Source: Candidatus Methylomirabilales bacterium (GTDB lineage: Bacteria > Methylomirabilota > Methylomirabilia > Methylomirabilales > CSP1-5). Taken from it: a stretch of DNA of 22,384 nt. The stretch is taken from assembly GCA_046758505.1 (NCBI GenBank), contig JBHIAH010000039.1, positions 1 through 22,384 of the forward strand, given 5' to 3'. The notes beneath the pieces are model-generated. The model was given only the letters and a program-made list of their open reading frames with translations. It was not told the DNA's origin and did no database searches. Positions 16,971-22,384 of the stretch are shown one piece after another. A program made the translations under genes and the position numbers. Positions within the stretch are counted from its first letter, which is position 1. Every line of letters starts with the position of its first letter.

Positions 16971-17423
16971 TCAACCCTTCCGCTTTCGCCGTGCCGTAGG
17001 CTTTGGCCTTTGTGCCTTGCTCTTTGGCCTTTGTGCCCTGGTCTTTGGCTTGCGCGCCTTGCCTCCGCTTCGTCTGCCGGGTGCCCGCGTGCCCCGGGCT
17101 GCCTGAAGGTTCGCCATGAGCAGGTCAAGCTTGCGGTGGAGCTCCTCCAATTCCTTTCGGCTGGGTGGCAGATATCCCTTGAGGCCCGTCTTCATACCCT
17201 CTTCCCATTGCCGGTATCTCTCCTCCATCCGCTCTTGGAACTCTTCGGTCCGGCGCGTCCATGCGTCCAGAAGCCGCTGCCCCTCTTCCTTGGCCACGGC
17301 CCCGCGCTTAACCAGGTCATCGACCAACCGCCATGTTTGTTCCTGAAACTTGACCGCCGCCTCCGCCGAGGCATTGACCGACTCCCGCATCAATCGCGTC
17401 ATCTGCTCAGTCCACTCTGCCAT
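16971..17423 (-). CDS. phasin / PHA granule-associated protein (PhaF/PhaI-like) with basic tail
   Basis: LVDDLVKRGAVAKEEG, LPPSRKELEELHRKLD, K/R-rich C-terminus; ATG 17423 with GGAGG RBS. Confidence 0.8.
   Translation of the reverse strand: MAEWTEQMTRLMRESVNASAEAAVKFQEQTWRLVDDLVKRGAVAKEEGQRLLDAWTRRTEEFQERMEERYRQWEEGMKTGLKGYLPPSRKELEELHRKLDLLMANLQAARGTRAPGRRSGGKARKPKTRAQRPKSKAQRPKPTARRKRKG
17001..17063. repeat. 3 x 21-bp coding repeat built from 7-bp units
   Basis: CTTTGGC CTTTGTG CCTTGCT / CTTTGGC CTTTGTG CCCTGGT / CTTTGGC TTGCGCG CCTTGCC; encodes KAQRPKx-like heptads. Confidence 0.8.
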
Positions 17424-17558
17424 CACCTTTCCTCCATCAGAAGCGGACACGGGCCGTGAAGACCCGGGGACCGTGACATACCGCGGCGTGCGTCGGCCCC
17501 TGAAGCGCCATCGGGGGTCCGTGGCCGCGGCCGCTACCCACGAGTGCCAGAAGGCGCG

Positions 17559-17969
17559 TCAGGCGCGCAGGGCTTTCGCGGCCCGATTGATGTCCCGGGG
17601 CTTCACCCAGAGGATGGCGCCGTAACGGCCCGCGCCCGCCGACACCGCATCGACGGCGGTCACGTTGATCTTGGCCGCGGCCAGCTTTCCCAAGAAATCG
17701 GCGCAGGCGCCGACACGGTCCTTCCCCTGGACGAGAAAGCCGATCTTTTTCGGACTGAGCCGCAACTTGGCCTTGCGGGCGACCTTGAGGAAGGTCCTGG
17801 AGTTCTTGGGGATCAGGTCGATCTGCGCCCCCTTCCCCTGAGGAAATCCCGAGAAGGCCAGCAGGTTGACCCGCGCCTTCTTGAGCACGGATAAAACCCT
17901 GGCCCCTTCCCCCGGTTTATTCGGAACCTTTATATAGTAGTATTCGACGCGTCGAACGGTGTCCGCCAT
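17559..17969 (-). CDS. ACT-domain-like protein (two ACT-like units)
   Basis: VPNKPGEG..L..ARVNL and GKDRVG..L..AKINV repeats; AAGGAGGGG RBS. Confidence 0.78.
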   Translation of the reverse strand: MADTVRRVEYYYIKVPNKPGEGARVLSVLKKARVNLLAFSGFPQGKGAQIDLIPKNSRTFLKVARKAKLRLSPKKIGFLVQGKDRVGACADFLGKLAAAKINVTAVDAVSAGAGRYGAILWVKPRDINRAAKALRA

Positions 17970-18001
17970 CTCCCCCTCCTTCGATCCGCTGCCGGATCAC
18001 C

Positions 18002-18020
18002 CCTGCCTCGGCGAGGCAGG
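18002..18020. repeat. perfect inverted repeat (hairpin)
   Basis: CCTGCCTCG-G-CGAGGCAGG between TMEM14 and ACT genes; no U tract. Confidence 0.55.
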
Positions 18021-18067
18021 TCCGCAGTGATGAAGTACCACCCCTCCACCCAGTCACGATTCCCCCC

Positions 18068-18400
18068 CTACGGGCCCGCTCCCGACCCGAGCGCCGCCGC
18101 CAGTGTCACGGCGAGGGTGAGGAGGCTGGCGACCACCACGACACCGGCCGGCATGAACTTTCTGGACCGCATGAACCTGACGCCCATCACCACCGTGAGC
18201 AGCGCGGCCACGCCCGCGCCTAACCACATAGCAGCCGTGGCGGCCGTGAGGCTCCAGGCAAACACTCCGAGGATCACGACCCCGCTCACCCCTCCCGAGA
18301 GGAGAGAGGCCTGGCTCCTCCCTTTCGCGTACCCCATTACCCCGCCGAGAATGAGGAGCACGCCGTATGCGAGCAAGGTATAGCGAGCAAGGGCAAACAC
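18068..18400 (-). CDS. TMEM14 family small membrane protein
   Basis: YGVLLILGGVMGYAKGRSQASLLSG and RF..SRKFMPAG signatures; GTG 18400 with GGAGG RBS. Confidence 0.88.
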   Translation of the reverse strand: MFALARYTLLAYGVLLILGGVMGYAKGRSQASLLSGGVSGVVILGVFAWSLTAATAAMWLGAGVAALLTVVMGVRFMRSRKFMPAGVVVVASLLTLAVTLAAALGSGAGP

Positions 18401-18866
18401 CGTATCCTCCCGGAGATTCTCAAATCGTCCGATGGGTGGCCGGACCCCGACCGAGAATCCCCCGGCGTCGGTCCAGGCACCCGGATCGCGGTATCGGGCT
18501 TCTCCGTCCCGAGGGGGTCCCTCGCCGCGAAAGCGCATCCGGGCCTGTCAAATCTTCCCCGTGAGGAGGGGGCAGATGATACGGTAACCTAGCATACTTG
18601 CGCTCCAGAGTCCCGCAAAATAGCACAGTCTGTCCGTTCTTCTGCAACTTTGGCAGAACCAGACCGTCGGGAGGGTTGCGCCATCTCCTCACCCCCGATC
18701 CCCCGACCGGCAGGGGACCGCCCCGGGAGGGCTGATGGAGGCGACCGCCCCATCATCCGGTACACGGCCGGGGGGTCCGGGATTTGGGGATGCGGCCTCG
18801 GGGAGGAACTGCGTGTCCTGAAAGGCTTGTGGGTGGGGCAGAGGCGAGAAATGAGCGATGAGAAAA

Positions 18867-19007
18867 CTATTTCGATTCAGATTCGGAGATTGTCTTCTTC
18901 AGCCCCCGTGCGAGATTCTCCGTATCCTGCGCGATCCCCTTTGCGGTCGCGCACCCCGCCACGACGAGCAAAAGCAACACTCCGAGGAGGGCGATCAGCT
19001 TTCGCAT
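18867..19007 (-). CDS. entericidin EcnA/B-like small lipoprotein, 46 aa (not in ORF track)
   Basis: MRKLIALLGVLLLLVVAGCATAKGIAQDTENLARGLKKTISESESK; lipobox VAGC followed by xTxxGxxxD; GGAGA RBS. Confidence 0.8.
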   Translation of the reverse strand: MRKLIALLGVLLLLVVAGCATAKGIAQDTENLARGLKKTISESESK

Positions 19008-19285
19008 GATGTGTCTCCACGCCGCAGGACGAACGCTTCCCCAACGCTCCCGCTCGAACTGAACGCCAGCGTCACTTGAACCCCTTGGATCGATGAAGAC
19101 TTCTGTGGAGAAACGGCAGAGGATTCCTGCTTTTTGGGCGCATCCTTTTCCTCACCCTTTCTGATCATGTAGCCACCACCCCCCGCTGCGCCCACCAAAA
19201 AGAGGGCACAACCCGAGGAAAAGAGAAGGCAGGCCAGCAGGAAGGCCATTCCTAGGCTCCGCCATGCTTTCCCAATTCCGCCCAT
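18995..19285 (-). CDS. small hypothetical lipoprotein (Gly-rich hydrophobic segment after lipobox)
   Basis: ATG 19285 with AAGGAGG RBS; FSSGC lipobox then ALFLVGAAGGGGY. Confidence 0.75.
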   Translation of the reverse strand: MGGIGKAWRSLGMAFLLACLLFSSGCALFLVGAAGGGGYMIRKGEEKDAPKKQESSAVSPQKSSSIQGVQVTLAFSSSGSVGEAFVLRRGDTSCES

Positions 19286-19341
19286 CGTCAGCCTCCTTCC
19301 CCCTCGGGGGCATATGCCCCCTCGGTCACCCCTGGACCCCG

Positions 19342-19357
19342 AGCAAGATTCGTGCCG
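19342..19357 (-). promoter_or_regulatory. sigma-54 (-24/-12) promoter
   Basis: CGGCACGAATCTTGCT vs consensus TGGCACG-N4-TTGCW; intergenic, about 57 nt before ATG. Confidence 0.75.
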
Positions 19358-19424
19358 GGTCCAGTACATCCTCCCCCGCAGTATCCTCCGGCCCCACCCG
19401 CGAGCGGGGACCCGACCAGAAGCG

Positions 19425-20117
19425 CTAGCCGGCGTGGGAGGAACCGGCTGCGGATGCCGCTCCGCGGCGGTGATCAACGAGAGCGCCGATCGCCGCCGCC
19501 TCGAGGGGGTTGAGTTCAAGAAACTGGATGCCCATCCCGATCATGCCCCCCGGCTCCCCTTCTTCGCCGGACACCCACATCACCCGCCCGCGCACCGAAA
19601 GCGGGTTCGGGATGCTCGGCGGCGTGAAGTCGAGCGTCATTTCCGTCCCCGGCACGGGCGGCCGTTTGACCGCGATGAACATCCCTCCCTGGCTCAGGTT
19701 GAGGCACGTCCCGCTGGCGACCTTCCCCCCCACCGCGTACTCGACGTCGCACCGGACCTCCGCCCGGGGATGGACTCGTTTTTTAGCCAGAGAGAGCCAT
19801 TGCTCGACCAGGGCCGGCTCGACCGGCTGCTCGAACGCCACGCCGTGGGGGACTGCCGTTCCCAGGAGAGTCCGCATGCGTCGGTCCGTCCAGACCACCT
19901 GGCCGCGCAGGGGCTCACCCTCAGAGAATTCGACCAACACCAATGTCCCGAGGGGAAGGGTCTCGACCAGCAGGACCGCAACCCCGCCCGCCCCGACGTT
20001 GAGGGTCTTCCCGGCGAGGCGTCTCTCGGCCGGTTCCTGGGGCTCGACAGCAGTGCACTGCACGGGAAGATAGGCGACAAAGCGGGGCCAGCACCGGACT
20101 TGCGTATAGCGAGGCAT
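19425..20117 (-). CDS. tandem PilZ domain protein
   Basis: RCWPR...NVGAGG and RVHPR...NLSQGG motifs; GMGIQF; ATG 20117 with GAGGG RBS. Confidence 0.9.
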   Translation of the reverse strand: MPRYTQVRCWPRFVAYLPVQCTAVEPQEPAERRLAGKTLNVGAGGVAVLLVETLPLGTLVLVEFSEGEPLRGQVVWTDRRMRTLLGTAVPHGVAFEQPVEPALVEQWLSLAKKRVHPRAEVRCDVEYAVGGKVASGTCLNLSQGGMFIAVKRPPVPGTEMTLDFTPPSIPNPLSVRGRVMWVSGEEGEPGGMIGMGIQFLELNPLEAAAIGALVDHRRGAASAAGSSHAG

Positions 20118-20153
20118 TCGGTCCCTCACGCATTAAGGCTCGGAACTAGCCGG

Positions 20154-20169
20154 AGCAAGAAGCATGCCA
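20154..20169 (-). promoter_or_regulatory. sigma-54 (-24/-12) promoter
   Basis: TGGCATGCTTCTTGCT, near-perfect consensus, about 37 nt before PilZ ATG. Confidence 0.8.
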
Positions 20170-20261
20170 CGCCGGAGGCGTACCCGGCAACCACGCGGGG
20201 GGTCGCCTCCTCACGCCGGTGAGGGGGATCTCTCCCGCCCCCCCCGTGCCGCACTTCCCCC

Positions 20262-20290
20262 TTGACCTCCCTTCCCCTTTCCCGCATCCT
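20262..20290 (+). promoter_or_regulatory. sigma-70-type promoter for MFS gene
   Basis: TTGACC-17 nt-CATCCT, 9 nt before ATG 20300. Confidence 0.45.
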
Positions 20291-20299
20291 TCCCATGCC

Positions 20300-21529
20300 A
20301 TGGCTGACGATGCATCTCCCGCTCCCGAGACACCGGGCCGTTCAAACCGCGTCAAAACTCTCGTCCTGTGCAGTAGCATCCACTTTCTTCACGACGGCTG
20401 CGCCAACGCCCTCTACGTGCTTTTCCCCCTGATCGCCCTCGACCTCCACCTCTCGTTCGCCCAGGTGGGCTCTTTGAAGACCGCCTACTCCTGGGCGATG
20501 AGTGCTTTGCAGATCCCGGCTTCCCTCCTGGCGGAGCGGGCAGGTGACGTGCTGATCCTCGGCGGCGGGACAGCCCTCCTGGGGCTGAGCTTCATCGGAA
20601 CGGCCCTTGTCGCGACTTACCCCTTCCTCCTCGTCCTGCTCGCGGGCGCCGGGGGTGGATCGGGCGTGCAACATCCGCTGGCCTCCTCGATGGTGTCGAA
20701 GGCGTACGAGGTCACCCGCCAGCGGACCGCCCTGGGGACCTATAACTTCTCCGGCGACCTGGGAAAGGTCGTCATTCCGGCGATGATTGGGGTATTGGCC
20801 GCGGGAGCGGGATGGCGATGGGGTCTTGTGGCCCTCGGCCTTCTGGGCCTGACGACCGGGGGTCTCCTGGGATTTCAGCCATGGAGGCGACCGATGAGCC
20901 CGGCGGACGGCAGGACGCCCGACGTCGCACCACGCCGGCCGACGGGGTGGGGCATTCGGGATCGACGCCGCTTCCGGCGACTAACGGTCATCGGGATGCT
21001 GGACGATTCCACCCGAACCTCGCTGCTCACGTTTCTGCCGTTCGTCCTGCTCCGGAAAGGCATGGGACCGGGGCAGATCGGGTTGGTTCTCACCCTCCTC
21101 TTTGCCGGCGGGGCCGCCGGCAAGTTTCTGTGCGGGGCCTTGGCCGAACGGGCAGGGATCGTTCCGATGATCGCCGGGACCGAGGTATTGACTGGCCTCC
21201 TGATCCTCGGGCTCCTCCCCCTCTCCCCCTCCGCGATTTACCTCATGGTCCCCCTGCTCGGTGTGGTCCTGAACGGGACCTCATCCGTTCTCTACGGCAC
21301 CGTGGCTGAACTGGTCACCCCCGAGGGACGCTCGCGCAGTTACGCCCTCTACTACACCGCCGTCCTCGGGACCGGGGCGCTGGCCCCCTTGCTCTACGGC
21401 CTCCTGAGCGATCTCACCGGACTGGCCTCAACCTTCACGGTCATCGGCGTGATGGCGATGGCCGCTGCCCTCCTCTCCCTCCTTCTGCGGGAACCGAAGC
21501 CCCTCTCCCCTCACGGGTCTGCCCCGTAG
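20300..21529 (+). CDS. MFS transporter (Fsr-like)
   Basis: About 12 hydrophobic segments; HFLHDG, LAERAG (twice), QHPLASS, YNFSGDLGK, LNGTSS. Confidence 0.92.
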   Translation: MADDASPAPETPGRSNRVKTLVLCSSIHFLHDGCANALYVLFPLIALDLHLSFAQVGSLKTAYSWAMSALQIPASLLAERAGDVLILGGGTALLGLSFIGTALVATYPFLLVLLAGAGGGSGVQHPLASSMVSKAYEVTRQRTALGTYNFSGDLGKVVIPAMIGVLAAGAGWRWGLVALGLLGLTTGGLLGFQPWRRPMSPADGRTPDVAPRRPTGWGIRDRRRFRRLTVIGMLDDSTRTSLLTFLPFVLLRKGMGPGQIGLVLTLLFAGGAAGKFLCGALAERAGIVPMIAGTEVLTGLLILGLLPLSPSAIYLMVPLLGVVLNGTSSVLYGTVAELVTPEGRSRSYALYYTAVLGTGALAPLLYGLLSDLTGLASTFTVIGVMAMAAALLSLLLREPKPLSPHGSAP

Positions 21530-21828
21530 AAGCCCTCATCCCGCACGTCAAAGAGAAACCGCCGCACGCCATGCGGGTAACAGCTTCCGGCTCCCTCCGG
21601 GAGACCGGACCCCCCCTGCATCCCGGACGGCACGAACAAGAAGAAGAGGATAGGCTGATCTGCCTTCCTCTGCTATCCTGAAAAAGTACCCCCGGCCGCC
21701 GGTCATGTATCTGGCCCCGGCCAGGGTGAGCGGCCGATTGATACTCCTCGTCAACAGGAAAATCGGTCGTCGGCCAGCGCCGACACGATATCTTCCCCCC
21801 GACCAGCATGATGCAAAGGAGGCACACC

Positions 21829-22384
21829 GTGAAGGCCGTTGCTGTATTCCCGGGGAAGGCCGGGAGTATCCATCTAGCGGAAGTGCCAAAACCGTCAGTC
21901 CAGGACATCCCGAACGGGCGTGGTGTCCTCGTAAAAGTCCTTCACGTAGGTGTGGATGGCACCGACAAGGAGATCAACGCCGCGGAATACGGCCAGGCCC
22001 CTCCCGGCGACGACTTTCTCGTCATCGGCCACGAGAGTTTCGGCCGCGTGGAGGCCGTGGGTCCCCAGGTGACCGAGTTGCGAGCCGGGGATTACGTCGC
22101 GGCGACCGTGCGTCGGCCGGGCTCGAGCATCTACGATCAGATCGGCACCTACGACATGACCACTGACGACACCTACTTCGAGCGCGGCATTAACCTGCGC
22201 CACGGGTTCCTCACCGAGTACTACGTCGAGGAGCCGGAATACCTCATCCGGGTGCCACCGGGACTGAGGCACGTCGGCGTCCTGATGGAGCCGACCAGCG
22301 TGGTGGAAAAAGGCATTGCGCAGGCCTACGAAATCCAACGACGACTCCGCGTCTGGCGGCCCCGCCGGGCGGCCGTGCTGGGGG
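21829..22384 (+). CDS. zinc-dependent (MDR) glucose 1-dehydrogenase, partial (not in ORF track)
   Basis: GTG 21829 with AAGGAGG RBS; MKAVAVFPG..VGVDGTDKEI..GHESFG..TVRRP..ERGI..HGFLTE..EPTSVVEK; open to window end. Confidence 0.88.
   Translation, partial: MKAVAVFPGKAGSIHLAEVPKPSVQDIPNGRGVLVKVLHVGVDGTDKEINAAEYGQAPPGDDFLVIGHESFGRVEAVGPQVTELRAGDYVAATVRRPGSSIYDQIGTYDMTTDDTYFERGINLRHGFLTEYYVEEPEYLIRVPPGLRHVGVLMEPTSVVEKGIAQAYEIQRRLRVWRPRRAAVLG

Noticed and set aside
18520..18552. c-di-GMP-I riboswitch resemblance (CGC-GAAA-GCG, CCGGGCCT)
   Set aside because: Lacks the GCAAA/GGGACGCAAAGC core and is on the wrong strand for the neighbouring gene
21737..21753. FNR-like box TTGAT...GTCAA
   Set aside because: Spacer is 7 nt, not 4
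21895..22338. 147-aa minus-strand ORF
   Set aside because: Shadow of the plus-strand glucose dehydrogenase, which the track missed because it has no stop in the window

Overview
High-GC bacterial chromosomal window, mostly housekeeping, envelope and stress genes on the minus strand. The gene mix (archaeal-type glucose dehydrogenase, DUF1122, tandem PilZ, TMEM14, phasin) suggests an uncultured deep-branching lineage such as NC10/Methylomirabilota or a relative, which is inference only. In order: a partial 5' gene, folE, tRNA-Gly(CCC), a lipoprotein and a small membrane protein, an HD-domain tRNA nucleotidyltransferase lacking the flexible loop (probably CC-adding), DUF1858-cysE, a Zn-finger/TM polysaccharide deacetylase, DUF1015, cytochrome c plus an FG-GAP protein, a GNAT, an unannotated 59-aa ORF, LD-carboxypeptidase, an HDAC-family deacetylase, a lipoprotein, DUF1122, a RelE/ParE-type toxin-antitoxin pair, an ECF sigma/anti-sigma/secreted-protein triplet, nth, a phasin, an ACT-like protein, TMEM14, two small lipoproteins (one entericidin-like and missing from the ORF track), tandem PilZ, an MFS transporter and a partial glucose 1-dehydrogenase. 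The most notable non-genic signals are a 60-bp attC-like site overlapping the toxin stop codon (probable orphan integron cassette), two strong sigma-54 promoters, a possibly switchable folE leader, and 7-bp periodic repeats. No integrase, transposase or CRISPR array is visible. I found no clearly new multi-gene system, and the findings are candidates.
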